NCBI RefSeq assembly: GCF_030144855.1
Contig: NC_082715.1
Coordinates: 49,600,001 to 49,664,000 of the forward strand
DNA from: Hypanus sabinus
Lineage: Eukaryota
Length of the DNA stretch: 64,000 nucleotides
Reading direction: 5' to 3'
In this document: positions 51,529 to 64,000 of the stretch, in pieces
Layout of the letters: every line of letters starts with the position of its first letter
Position numbering within the stretch: position 1 is the stretch's first letter
Program-made: the position numbers and the translations under genes
Notes under the pieces: generated by a model
Seen by the model: only the letters and a program-made list of their open reading frames with translations
The model's database searches: none
What the model was told of the DNA's origin: nothing

Positions 51529-51710
51529 ACAAGAGAAAATCTGCAGATGCTGGAAATCCAAGCAACACGCACAAAATGCTAAGGGAACTCAGCAGGCCAG
51601 GAAGCATCTATGGAAAAGAGTACAGTCAACATTTTGGGCTGAAACCCTTCGGCAGGAATGCTACCAAAGGTTTTGGCTCTGAAACGTTGACTATACTCTT
51701 TTCCATGGAC
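51529..51710. mobile_element. Penelope-derived mini-element (minus) fused to a short inverted copy
   Basis: Minus cctgccgaagggtttcagcccaaaatgttgactg abuts plus ctaccaaaggttttggctctgaaacgttgacta. Confidence 0.7.
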
Positions 51711-52449
51711 AGTCCCAAGCCTGGCTGCAAAAGGAGAAGGGTTGCACATTGGGCAAGCAACCCTATCCTGTAAAAACCCAGAGTGACAGAACGCTAATAG
51801 AAGCTCCAAAGACCTCATCCCTTGGAGAGGAAAGATCTTCAACTAGATGGGCCACACTTGGGCCCAGGATGGTCTCCCAGCCTTTCAACCTATCCTAAGA
51901 TCAATCTAACCCTTCCTTCCCATATAGTCCTGCATTTTTCTTTCATCTATCTGCTTCTTTAAGTGTCTCTTAAGTGTTATTAATGTATCTGCCTGTCCCA
52001 CTACGCATTGCAGAGTTTTCCACTCACCTACCTGTGTTAAAAAAAACCTACCTCTGATATCCCCCCCCATAGCTTCCTCCAGTCACCTTAAATTTATGCC
52101 CCCTTGCAGTAACCATTCCCATTCTCTGCAAAAGTCTCAGGCTGTTCTCTCTACCTGTGCCTCTTAACATTCTGTACCTCTCCATCAAGTCACCCCCATC
52201 TTCTGTAATTGCTTGTGAATAAAAAAAATTGCCAATGTACGAAATATACAATGCTAAAAATACTCAGCAAGTGAATGATCATCTGTTGAGATACAAATGG
52301 AATTAATGTATCAGGTTCATGACTTTTCATCAAAACCTGGAGAAGTTAGAAGCTGAACATAGTTGCAATGGAGGGGTGAGCACCCTACAGAGATAGCAGA
52401 TGCTCCACAATTCTATTTATTTTGGACTGCTGTCTGCAAATTAAAGGCA

Positions 52450-53780
52450 AATACAACCCCACTGTTTTAGTAAGGGAGGGAATAGTTAACCAGCAGGCCT
52501 GATATTGGTAGTAGAGAAAATGCTAAAATCCATAGTAAAAGATGTGATATTAAGAATCTTTGCAGATAATTATACAGTTGAGCATAAGTTAATAGTTAAC
52601 AAGCAGGAGAGACAAAGGAGAATGGGTTGATGGTGTGTACTTGGATTTTCAGAAGGCCTTTGACAAGGTGCCACACATGAGGCAGCTTAACAAGCTACAA
52701 GCCCAGGAAAGATTCTAGCATGGATAAAGCAGTGGCTGATTCGCAGGAGCAAAGAGTGAGACTAAAGGAAGCCTTTTCTGGCTGGCTGCCAGTGACTAGT
52801 GGTGTTCCACAGGGGTCTATATTGGAACTGATTTTTTTTACATTATATGTCAATGATTTGGATGATGGAATTGATGGCTGTGTTGCAAAGTTTGCAGATG
52901 ATATGAAGCTTGCTGGAGGGACAGGTAGTTTTGAGGAAGTAGAGAGGCTACAGGAGGACTTAGATAGATTAGGAGAATAGCAACAAAATGGCAGATGGAA
53001 TACAATATCAGTAAGTACTTTCGTAGAAGAAATAAAAGGGTTGTCTATTTTCTAGTTGGAGAGAAAATATAAAAAACTGATGTGCAAAGGGACTTGGGAG
53101 TCCTTGTGCAGGATTCCCTAAAAGTTAATTTCCAGGTTGAGCCTGTGGTGAGGAAGGCAAATGCAATGTTATCATTCACTTCAAGAGGACTAGAATATAA
53201 AGCAAGGATGTAATTTTGAAACTTTATAAAGCACTGGTGAGGTCTCACTTGGAGTATTGTGAGTAGGTCTGGGTTCCTTATCTTAGAAAGTATGTGTTGG
53301 AACTGGAGAAGGTTCAAAGGAGGTTCACCAAAATGATTCCAGGATTGAGTGGCTTCTCATATGAAGAGTGTTTGATGACTCTGGGCCTGGATTCACTAGA
53401 ATTCAGAAGAATGAAGGGTAACCTCATTGAAACCTATTGAATGATGAAAGGCCTTGATAGAGTGAATGCGGAGAGGATGTTTCCAATGGTGGGAGAGTCT
53501 CAGACCAGAGGACACAGTCTCATAATAGAGGGGTGTCCTTTTAGAACAGAGATGAGGAGGAATTTCTTTAGCTAGAGAGTCTGTGGAAATCTTTGCTTCA
53601 GGCAGCTGCAGAGGGCAAGTCTTTAGGTATATTTAAGGCAGAGGTTGACAGATTCTTGATTGGTCAAGGCATGAATTGAAACGGAAGAAGTTAGAAAATT
53701 GGAGCTGAGAGGAAAATTGGATCAGCCATGATGAAATGGTGGGCATGACCTAATTCTGCTTCTGTAGTTTACGGTCTTAT
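52450..53780 (+). mobile_element. CR1 LINE RT and 3' end
   Basis: YLDFQKAFDKVPH, VTSGVPQGS and KFADDMK, plus a CR1 3' UTR. Confidence 0.88.
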
Positions 53781-53799
53781 CTTACACTCTTAATGAACG

Positions 53800-55400
53800 G
53801 AAAACAAACCTTTGATGCTTTGGGTCCAATTCTTGCATCAGGACTGAGAGTGGAGAGAGTCAGTATAAAGAAAAATGAAGTGATGATACAGAGGCTAGCA
53901 GTGCTTGGTAGAGGGAGAGAGGGAGGTAAGAGATGTTGAAGTGAAGTTGGAGTTTACAGACATGATGGAAGGAGGCAGACAAAAAAAGGAGGTAGGTGGA
54001 AGTGGGGAGGATGAAAGCTGAGACCACTGCTGAAGGTCATATGAGGAAACTAGTTAGTGCTGGAATCTGATTAGTCATTAAGATGAAAATGGAAACCATT
54101 AGAGAAGAGGTGAAAGGTAGATGGATGCAGTCCAAGCCTCGACTGGGCTGAGGGGATGTGGAGAAGGGAGTGATGAACTAGTGGGTGAAATATGTAGTTA
54201 GTAGATGGATGGAACTGGGAAGGAGTGGAAATAATTGCAGGGAGCTTTGGTGGGATGGATATGGGAAAGAAGACAAGTATGGGGGAATTGCAGGAGTAAT
54301 GGAAGGAGCAAAATAAAGTGGATGGGTAGATGAAACTAGATATGCAAACTACCTAAAACTGCGAAGATCTGTATTCATACCATTGGGTTGTAGACTACCC
54401 TGGCAGAATATGAGGTATTTTTTTAGTTTTAGACCTATAACATTGGACATAACCCTAGAAGCGTTAAAGGCCAAGGATGGACAGGACACTGTAAGAACTG
54501 AAAAGGAAATTAAAATGGCATGCGACTTGGAACTTGGGATGGCCACTCCCTGACAGAACAGAGTTTCAGAGAATCAGTCTGCACTTGGTCTGGTTGATGT
54601 AGAGGAGGACAACATTAGGAAGTCCAGATGACAATATTGGAGGACATGCATGTGAACCTTATCTCACCTGGAAAGGCAGTTCAGGTTCCTGGATGGAAGT
54701 GAGAAGGAAGGTATAGGGGCAAGTGCTGCACAACCTGCAGTTGCAGGGGAAAGTATCAAGCATCAGGGAGGTGTTGGAGGGGGTGGGAGGAACAGACCAA
54801 TGAGGCATGCAGGAGTGGTGCTGCTGGACTGCAGAAAGGGGTGGGGAAGAGAAAGTGCAGTTGATCTCAAAAATTACAAAGGATAATGTGTTGCATTTAG
54901 AGGTTGACAGGATGAACAATGAGGACTGGGGGAAACTATATTTCTGTTCTGTCTGGAAGAAGATGAAGTATCAGCAGAATTATAAGAGACAGAGAAAATT
55001 TAAGAGTAGTTTCCTTCAGTCACAGCAGAAGTGAGACCACGCTGACTGAAACACGTGGGCAATTCAGATGTCCTGAAATGGAAGCCCTTACCTTGAGGCC
55101 ATTGCACCAAAAATGGAGAAATTAGGAGAAAGGGAATTCATTCATAGAAGAGTTGAGATCTAAGTGATGTAGTCTAGATAGCTGTGGAAGTCAATGGGTT
55201 TATAGTAGAAGTCAGTGGATAGTTTGTCTCCGAACATGGATACAGGGAGACCTAGAAAAGGATAAGAAGTGTTAAAAAGGGATCACTTGAATTTAAAAGT
55301 AGGGTGAAAGTTAGTGGTGAAGGATATGAAATTGATGAATTCAGCTGATTCAGGAAGCAGTACCAAAGCAGTTGTTAATGTACTGATGTGTTGAAATGTT
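53800..55400 (-). mobile_element. Degraded Penelope-like element
   Basis: Minus ORFs YLIFCQGSLQPNGMNTDL and TFPCNCRLCSTCPYT...FQVR, plus an RT remnant FTTNFHPTFKF. Confidence 0.75.
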
Positions 55401-56459
55401 AAAAGAGAAGGTCTGTCCAGAGACCTTATTCCAATTACATATGGAGATATTGACAATTAATTGTAACTATTAGAAATGGTTCGGTGCTGGATATAATTAC
55501 AGGCATTAAAATTACACTTCCGCCTCTCACGAGTCTGTGAAAATATCTGGGGCAGATAAATATTGTAGCGGCTAAATCTTGATGCAACCAAATGCAAAAT
55601 ATTGTGGGTGCTGAAAATTTGTAGTTAAAACAGAAAATGGACAAATTTCAAATTCAAACTAGAATTGCTAGTTATGATTAATTGTCCAGGCAGCATCATT
55701 ATACAGAGGTTTCAGCAGAATTGAATATGGATCATGTCTGACCTGGTGCGTGTTTGTAGCGTAGTTTGTTTTTATTTTGATTAAACTGAATTTCAGATCC
55801 TGTGCATGATGTGCAATGTTAGAATTATTTTCTCTAATTATTGTTGCAGTTGTGGTTTTGAAGTTGTTCTTGGCATCGTTACTGGAACTGAAACAGTCTT
55901 TGAGTATCTAGTGTCAGCTACTGCAACAGGAACATTTGAAAAGTTATCCAGACTTTAAAGTGTAATGTATGCAGACGAATTTCATAAATTTAATCTATAA
56001 TTATAAGTAAAAGATATGAATGATGATAAGTTATTAGCTTTCACGTTAGAAAACGGTTAGTACCTTCCAGAATCTAACCTATAGAGTTGTATAATATAAA
56101 AACAGATTAGGGAATTGAGTATTTCCAAGATGGAGGTACACCCAGAAGACATATTTTTGCAATACATTCTATAATTGTGCATAACTGTTAGAAGCAGCAA
56201 ACTGTAGAATTGCCCCACAAGTTATATATTAAATCAACAGCAGCTTGTTAAGAAATTTTATAACAAGGTAATTTTGTATGATGCCTTGATATATTAAGAG
56301 ATGTTAAGGTAATTTACAGGAGAGTTATTAAACAAAATTCAATACTAAATGAGACGAGGGAAATTGAGGTAGTCAACCAAAAAATATGGTTGAAGTAGTA
56401 GGTTTGAAGGACATTACTGAAAAAGAGTAAGATAAAGATACAGAAGGTTCATGGGAAAA

Positions 56460-57405
56460 ATGTTGGATCTTTGTGATTTTTATAAATTACTTGGATGAGG
56501 AACTAGAAAGGTGGGCTATTAAGTTTGCAGATGACATCAGGTTGGCGGTGCTGTCAATAATGCAGAAGGTTGTTGGGGGTTACAATGGGGTATTGGTTGG
56601 ATGGCAAGTTGGGCTAAGAAGTGGAAAATGGAGTTTGATCCAGAAAGGTGTGAAGTGATACATTTTATAAGGTTGAACTTGATGGCAGAGAACAAAGTTA
56701 ATGTCAAGATTCTTAACAATGTGGAGGAACAGAAGTATATCGAGGTCCAAGTCATAGATCCCTCAAAGTTGACGCTCAAGTTGCTAGAGTGGTTAAGAAG
56801 TTATATGGTGTGCTGGCCTTCATTAATCGGGACGTGGAGTTCAAGAGCTGAGAGGTAATGTTGCAGCTCTATAAAATGCTGGTTAGACCACACTTGGTAT
56901 ATGTGTTCAATTCTATTTGTCTCATTATAGGAAGGATATGGAAGTTTTAGTGAGTGCAGAGGAGATTTACGAGGATGCTGCCTGGATTAGAGAACATTTT
57001 TCATAAGAAAAGATTGAGTGAGCTGTGTTTTTTTTTCTCTTTGGAATGAGGACAGATGAGAGGAAACTTGGTAGAGCTGTATTAAGATGATAAGAGACAT
57101 AAATAGAGTGGATAGACAGTGCTTTTTTCCCAGGGTGGCAGTGGCTCAACTGAGAACACATACTTTTTGGAGGATTGGAGGACAGTATAGGGGTAATGTC
57201 AGAGGTAGCTTTTTCTTACAGAGAGAATGCCAAGTGCATGGAACTTACTGCTGGGGGAATGGTCGAGGCAAATACATTCGGGACATTTAAGAGATAGGGA
57301 GATGAATGAAAGAAAAATGCAGAATTAGGTTAGATTGGTCTTGGAATAAGATAAAAGGTTGTCACAGCATTATGGGCCAAAGGACCTGTACTGTTCTATG
57401 CTCTA
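56460..57405 (+). mobile_element. CR1 LINE 3' fragment
   Basis: FINYLDE..KFADD and W.MEFDPERCEVIHF. Confidence 0.8.
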
Positions 57406-57479
57406 TATATTTTTTGTGTGGTTGAAGGCACAATAATCACAAATAGAGCATTTAGATTTGGAAATTTGACACGTATAAC

Positions 57480-58200
57480 TAAAATTGGAGGAATGCACAT
57501 ATCATGGAGAGAAGTTTAATGCAGAGAAGTTTACAGATACTGGAAGGGATAAGGCCAGAGAGGGATCTGAAAACAAACAAGAGAATTTTAAAATGGATAT
57601 ATTGTTTAAACAGAATATGATAAATCAAAGAACATGGGTTGGCATTGCGTGAATGAGAAATAGTCAATATTAGGACCCAAGCAACAGAATTTCAGATAAA
57701 TTCAAGTTTGGGTAGGATGAATAAATGAAGCTGAAAGTAGAAGTCTGTACTTTATGCCCTAACAGGGAAAAAAGGCCTTGATGAGGATTTCAGGAGGAGA
57801 AGAACTAAGACAGATGGATTTGGGTAATGTTGCAATATTAGAAGTAGATTTGAATTATGAGGTCTACAGTTCTACTCAGTTTTCTTTATTTACCAGGAGA
57901 GGAATAGCATTGATGGCTACGAGAGTGTGGTGCTGATGAAAATAACTATGTAACATGTTGTTTTAGAAATCTCTGCTCATCTAATACTTGATTAAGTGAA
58001 AGTGTCTGATAATTAACAGTTCATGGAGCTGTCAAGTAACATTGAGTTGGGTAGCATCAGAAGATGTAAAGCTGATGCTTTGCTTTCAGGTGAAATTGCA
58101 AAGAGGCAGCATATAGATGAGAAGCAGGGGTGGGATAAGTTTAGACCTGGGAGGACATCAGAAGTGATTTCATGCCTCTGGCTGAGGACGTGCATTGAAA
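57480..58200 (-). mobile_element. Old L2-like LINE fragment
   Basis: Minus ORF YIHFKILLFVFRSLSGLIPSSIC.LL is typical of L2 ORF2 C-termini. Confidence 0.55.
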
Positions 58201-59079
58201 ATTATGTCCTTGCTTTTAATGGGGTTTTGAATATTTAAATCAAAGGTCATTATCCTTGTTCTTTCAGTTCAATAGTTGTGTAATTATGCATTGGTGGCCG
58301 TGTTCTGGTATATTCATGTATGGGATGAAGTTATAATTCTGTGATTGTTATCTCTTCAGCTGAATCATGAATTCATGGTTTATGTAGGAGTTTCTTAGTG
58401 AGTGTGTACTGCCTGACATCTTATGTTGCAGATAAAGGTTGCAAATGACTCATTCTAAGTGTATTATGCCAAGCTGAGCTCATCTCTTTTTGACAAGGAT
58501 ACATTAAATTCCAATGAATACCAATTTTTAGAAAATCATTGTATTTTATCAGTTGCATTGAACAGGATCTTATGATATAAATCTGTCAAACTTGCTGAGG
58601 TATTGACTTTGGTGGGTCATCTGGGTGAAAGGGTATTTCAAGCTATAGTATGTTAGTGGCTTTTAGCTGAGAAATAGTTTGCACATTTTACTTAATTGTT
58701 TAATATTTTCCATTCAGAACTCAGATTTTACCTGCCCTTAGAAAATTATCTTACACAAATAGAACTTAGCCATGATAAACAAAATTTATAGTGATATTTT
58801 ATGGGACAAGTAATCCAACAATATGTAATAATAATCTGAAGATACAAATAAAAATCCTATCAAGACTCTGGGGAAATATAAATGCTGTTAATTAAAAATT
58901 GGAATAAAAGCGACTTTCCAGGATAGTGACTGTGAAACTACTATTTGTGATAAGACACAAGTCTTTTATGAGAATGGAGTCCACCATCCTTATCTGGCCT
59001 TCCTTTTCTACTCTGGAACCAAAGTACCGAGGTTCAGATCTGGTTGGGTTTTGAAATGGACCAACAATCCACCCAGGAA

Positions 59080-60480
59080 AGGTAGAGAAGATGCAGAGAA
59101 AATTGTTGTCAGAAATGGAAAATTATTAGCTGTGAGAAAAGATCAGTTAAAATATGATTATTTTCTTTGAAACTAAGCAAACCAAAGAGAACCTTATTTG
59201 AGGTGTACATAATTATGAGTATTCTATACAGACAAACGAGGAAGGACCTGTTTTTAATAGTGGAGATGTCAAAAATCAGAGGGTTTTGTTATAGAGTAAT
59301 TAATAGAGGGGTAATGGGAACTTCTTTCTTTTAACCAAGTGGGTGTTAAGATCTGGAACACATTGTCTATGGGTGATAGAGGAAGCTTTAAAGAAAGCCC
59401 TGTATGTGTATTCATAAAGGTATGACCTACAGGGCTGCTGATCAAGTACAGGAAGTTGGGATTAGATTGGTAGCTATTTTTTAATTTTACATGCCTCTCA
59501 TGTGTTGTATATTATTTTTTCAAAATGACTCTCTTGATTCAAAAAATAAGAATAAAAATATATGAAAATCTTCACGAGTAGGACCATTGAGCTTTCTCTG
59601 TCATGGAACAAAGTTGTGACTGATTTTTTTTAAATCGTAATCTAATTTCCTGCCCTGTCACTATTTCCCTTGATTCCATATTGTAAGGAAATTTACCATT
59701 CTGTTTTGAATGAAATCACTGACTGAGCCTCCACAGCTGTCCAGGATAGAAAATTCAAAGATTCTTCACCCCCTTATTGAAGAAATTTCAATCGCAAGCA
59801 GCCACCCCTTATTTTAAGACTGTGATCTCCAGCTATATTTTTTATCCAAGGAAAACAACCTTTCTATCCACCCTGTCAAGCCCTCTTAAGAACTCTATAT
59901 GTTTTAATGAGGTCACTTCGCATCTTTTCAATTCTAAAATATAGAGGTCCCGTCTACTCAATCTCTCATATCACAAACTGACTCCCAGGAAATAGACTGG
60001 TAAAATTTTGCTGCGCTCTCTAAGATAACAAGGATATTTATTTTTGTAGTTAGAAACTGAGAATTGCACACAGTGTTCCAGGTATGGTATTACCAAGGTA
60101 GTGTATCATTATAGTAATATATGTTTACACGTGTACTCAAATCACTTGCAGTAATGGCTAACATATCATTTGCCTAATTTCCTGATTAGATTTCAACAAG
60201 ATGCATACAAGGCTAACTATGTCCCTTTGAACATAATTTCTCAATCTCCCACTTTTAAAAAAATACAATAGTTCTGTTTTTTCCTCCTAAAATTGATATT
60301 TTAATATTTTTCACATTGTTCTATATCGAACAAATTGTTGCCTATTTGTTTATCTAAATCCCTTTGAAACCTCTTTCCTTCCTTATCACCTTTTTAAATC
60401 CCTTAACAGTTTTACCAAACAATAATCAACTAATCTCAGCTTTGAAAATCTCAGTCGACCCAGCATTCACAATCTGTTTG
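59080..60480. mobile_element. Old CR1 fragments (plus 59080-59500, minus 59570-60480)
   Basis: Degenerate CR1 C-terminal and 3'-UTR motifs in both orientations. Confidence 0.55.
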
Positions 60481-60859
60481 TGAAAAGGTCCAGAATTTTA
60501 ACAGTCTCAATTTATCTCATCGTTCCTCTAAGATCAGTATGTAAAATATGAGATATGAAGAGGTTCTAGAAATATTCAGCTAATGCAGTATCTCTGGAGG
60601 GTGAGAAAACAATTAAAGGTTTCATGCCAATGGTCCTTGTTAGAAATGGAAATTGTTCGCAATGTAAAAAGCTTGAGCAAGAATAAAGGCAAAAAAAGTT
60701 GGACCAGGCATAGCAGAGAGGTCGAGTGGGTAGGGGAGAGGGCAGTGGCTGACAAAAGGAGAAGTGAAAAGCAAGACTGGTTCATTCATGTATCAAATCA
60801 CAGTCATGACAAAGTGGTCAAAGTAAAAAGCAAATAATTCAGAGAGTATACTAACAAGC

Positions 60860-61300
60860 TGGATGTGGGTCTTCAGTAGATTGACTTGCAGACAGATGTG
60901 CATCATCCAATTTTCTTTAGCCTTCACAGAAAACAGAGCTTCTTGATTGTTAGAATGAGTTTTGACACCATCAGCAGTTTTGGGTGAAGTGCACTCCCTG
61001 AGCTTGAAACCACTAGTAGTTTCTTCTGCTGTGTTGCTGATGGAAAGATGGGAATGAGTGGTGCGAGTTCTCCTGAAGTCGGTAACCATCTCCTTTGTCT
61101 TGGTGACATTGATGAAAAGGTTGAGGACAATGTGATTTTTTGGGTTATTGGTCTTGCAGTCACGTGTGAACAGGGTGTACAGCAATGGGCTTAGCACAGC
61201 CCCAGAGGCACCCACGCTGAAGATGATGGGGAGGGGGGAGCAGGTGTGCATTCTGCATATCTGAGCTCTGTTGTTTAGGAAGTCCAACACCCAGGTGCAC
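60860..61300 (-). mobile_element. Rex1-like LINE RT fragment
   Basis: WVLDFL, GAVLSPLLYTLFTRDC and LFINVTKTKEMVTDFRR. Confidence 0.8.
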
Positions 61301-63499
61301 AGAGGAGAAAAGAGTTAACATTTCAGGAAAATTAGGAAAAGTTAGAAATCAAACATGTTTTAAGGTGCAAGGAAAGGGGAATGGAGGAGAGAACAGTAGG
61401 AATGTTTATAATTCAGTGGAGTCAAGGAGAGATTGGGTTACAACAAAAGATGGAGTTTTAGATTCAGAGAGGGTGTTTGAGGTTTCCTAAGGGCCAGTGA
61501 TCTGTCTGAAAATGTAAGTATAAGGAGATAAGTAAAGACAGAGGGGGGCATGAATAAACCAGTGCTGAAACTGTGAGATACACAACACTGCAGTTGTTGG
61601 GAAACCTGGCATTAATGAGGTGAAGAATTGGTGCACAGGGGGTATTTATTAATGCCCTTCCAAAAGCCATCGAATTTCAAATTCTGTGTAAGCCTCAGCT
61701 TTCCAAAAACTCCAGACCTTCTCCTTTGATTTATCCTGGCCTGTCTCAGCAGAAATCTCACTTCACAAGTGTTAAATCTGAAATGGGAGTGGAAAAATCT
61801 TTCCATACTGGAGGCCAAATTTCTGAAGGCAAATATTTTGGAAAGAAATACTGCAATTTATTAAAAAACATGAATTGACAATGCAGAATAATAAGGTTAA
61901 TAAAATGATGTTAAATGAGAGTACTTTTTTTAGTTTTCCTATTCTGTACCAAGATATCCATATAAAACAAGATTCCCTAATTAAATATGAATTTTGCAAT
62001 AAAGAAATTCTATTTGGATAACCATACTTTCAATTTTAGCAATGTAAAGGGAAAGCACTTTAGTTTAGTACTTTATGCAGCAAATCCCTTTTCTTTCAGC
62101 TTTTTCCACCAGAGTTATCTTGATTGCTCGTAAGGGCTAAAAATAATTTCATTCTCATGGTGTATTTAAAAGGTTGTTTTCCTGTTGTTTGAAACCCCAG
62201 ATTTCAACAAAATCAAGACTCATTTTTGAAAGAAACTTGGAAACACGTCACGAAACTATTCCACATGTGTTAGATCTTTTAAGAACTTTAGATGAAATTA
62301 TGAATAATGAATTTGAGATAACACATTTGTAACAAAGAAGGGGCAGTGTGTCGCAATTGCAGACTCTGGTGCAGTGTCTAGGTTAATTAGTGCTCCATTG
62401 TGGTGGTATTTAATTCCCCTGTTTTTGTTCTAGTCTTGTCGAGACTTGATCAAAAGCATAGCAATGTTTACACTCCCTGTTTATCCTCATCCTTGTCTGG
62501 GAAAGAAGATTACTGTTTTGCGTGATGCTGTCAAGGAGCGGTATTCATTTAGTATTAGTCATTGCTTCCAGCCGCAGTGTTGGTGTTGACTTTCAGCTTT
62601 GGAGTTTTAGTTAACGGCACTGTTGGCCTAGTGTTTATTGTTTTTCTTTTCCTTTAAATTCTGCAACTGTTCTTATTAAAGTCAGTGAACTATTGAACTG
62701 CTTCCGTGTGTCTCTCTCTCTCTGCACTTGGGTCATATCCAAATGTTTTGACACAGTGAGAATTTTTTCCAATGAAGTTAGCCAGTCTAACTTTACTAGG
62801 TTGTTCATTATCCAGATCCTTAAGCATTTGTGCTTTTTTTTCAAAAACCCTACTTAACTATTTTTCTTGGAGAAATGTCAGAATTTGAGAGAATAGCCCA
62901 TTATGAATAATTGGCTAACAGATTATTCTCTTCTTTCAAAAGATTGAGAAGAGTCAAGACAGAATTATAAAAGCTTTAAACAGTTAGCTCCTAGCAACAT
63001 GTTTTGCTGTGTCAAATTTAAATGTAGGAACTTCAGTCGGTTTGAGTTAGATTCTAGACAAATTCATTTTTATTATCTAAAAGAATACATTGGTTAACAT
63101 CTTATTATCACTCATTATCTTTCTGTTCAACCTTGCTTAATACAAATTTGACAGAAACACCAACATCCTTGACATTGAGAAAATGCAACATGGATTGGGT
63201 GAATACTTTCCTAACAACTAGCTTCATTTAGCAGGTATGATAGTTGTCATTTTAATTCTTTACCCCACTTCTACGTGAACTGCCCAGCATTGAAAATGAA
63301 GTTCAAAACAAGTTCAAGAATATCAAGAAGCAAAATACTGCAAATGTTGGAAATATATCATTTTTAGGCACTTCACAACATTTCTGATCCAACATAGAGC
63401 TTAATAGTTTTAGTTCCTACCAGTCTTTCCATTCTTCATCAGCCAAATGCCAGTGATGTTTCCTCTCATGTCACTTGCAGCTGCTGTAGACCTTCTAGG

Positions 63500-64000
63500 G
63501 TCATACAAAACTACAGCACAGAAACAGGCATTTCAACCAATCAAGTCAGTGCCAAACCATTCATCTATCTAGTTCCGTTGACCTGCACCTGGACCATAAC
63601 ACTCCATACCCCACCCCTCCCATACGGTAGCTATTCAAATTCCTCTTAAAAGTTGAAATTGACCTCACATCTACCACTTGCACTGGCAGTTAGTTCCATA
63701 CTCTTAAAACGCTCTAAGTTAAAATGTCCCCCTGTTATATTCCTTAAACATTTCACCTTTCATCCTCAATCCATGACCTCCCACCCAACCTCGGTGGGAA
63801 AAACCTGCTTGCATTTACCCCTCATAATTTTGTATAGCTCTATCAAATCTCCCCTCAATCTTCTACATTCCAGGGAATGAAATCCTAACTTATTCAATCT
63901 TTCCCTGTAACTTAGGTCCTCAAGTCCAAGTAACATCCTAGTAAATTTTCTCTTCACTCTTTCAATCTTGTTTACATCTTTCCTGTAGGCAGTAGACTAA
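63500..64000 (-). mobile_element. CR1 3' end, running off the window
   Basis: RKFTRMLLGLEDLSYRERLNKLG..SLECRRLRGDLIE. Confidence 0.85.

Noticed and set aside
55850-55960. Possible plus-strand exon after ttgttgcag (CGFEVVLGIVTGTETVFEYL...)
   Set aside because: The frame closes after ~35 codons, there is no good donor, and no homology is recognised.

Overview
Vertebrate genomic DNA. The repeat content (CR1, Penelope-like, Rex1-like and Tc1 elements, shark-type SINEs) points to a cartilaginous fish, probably a ray; this is an inference. More than half of the window is transposable elements. Host-gene content: (i) FKBP1B (FKBP12.6) coding exons 3-4 on + (28317-28429, 28871-28999), with a probable 3'-UTR intron and a terminal exon at ~36621; exons 1-2 were not found and probably lie upstream. 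(ii) A disrupted, non-processed WDCP (C2orf44) gene on - (~40350-43240, non-coding exon 1 at ~47572-47660). It has nonsense codons, frameshifts, a large internal loss and TE insertions, yet its CpG-rich, apparently bidirectional promoter and splice sites are intact. (iii) A spliced RBM25 fragment carried inside a two-LTR Gypsy-derived element (49759-51191). Other notable structures: two ~99% identical inverted CR1 copies bracketing FKBP1B exons 3-4; a 333-bp internally deleted Sleeping-Beauty-family transposon; and several Penelope-derived mini-elements with minimal hammerhead ribozyme cores. Comparisons to human proteins and known elements are from recall and need alignment to confirm.
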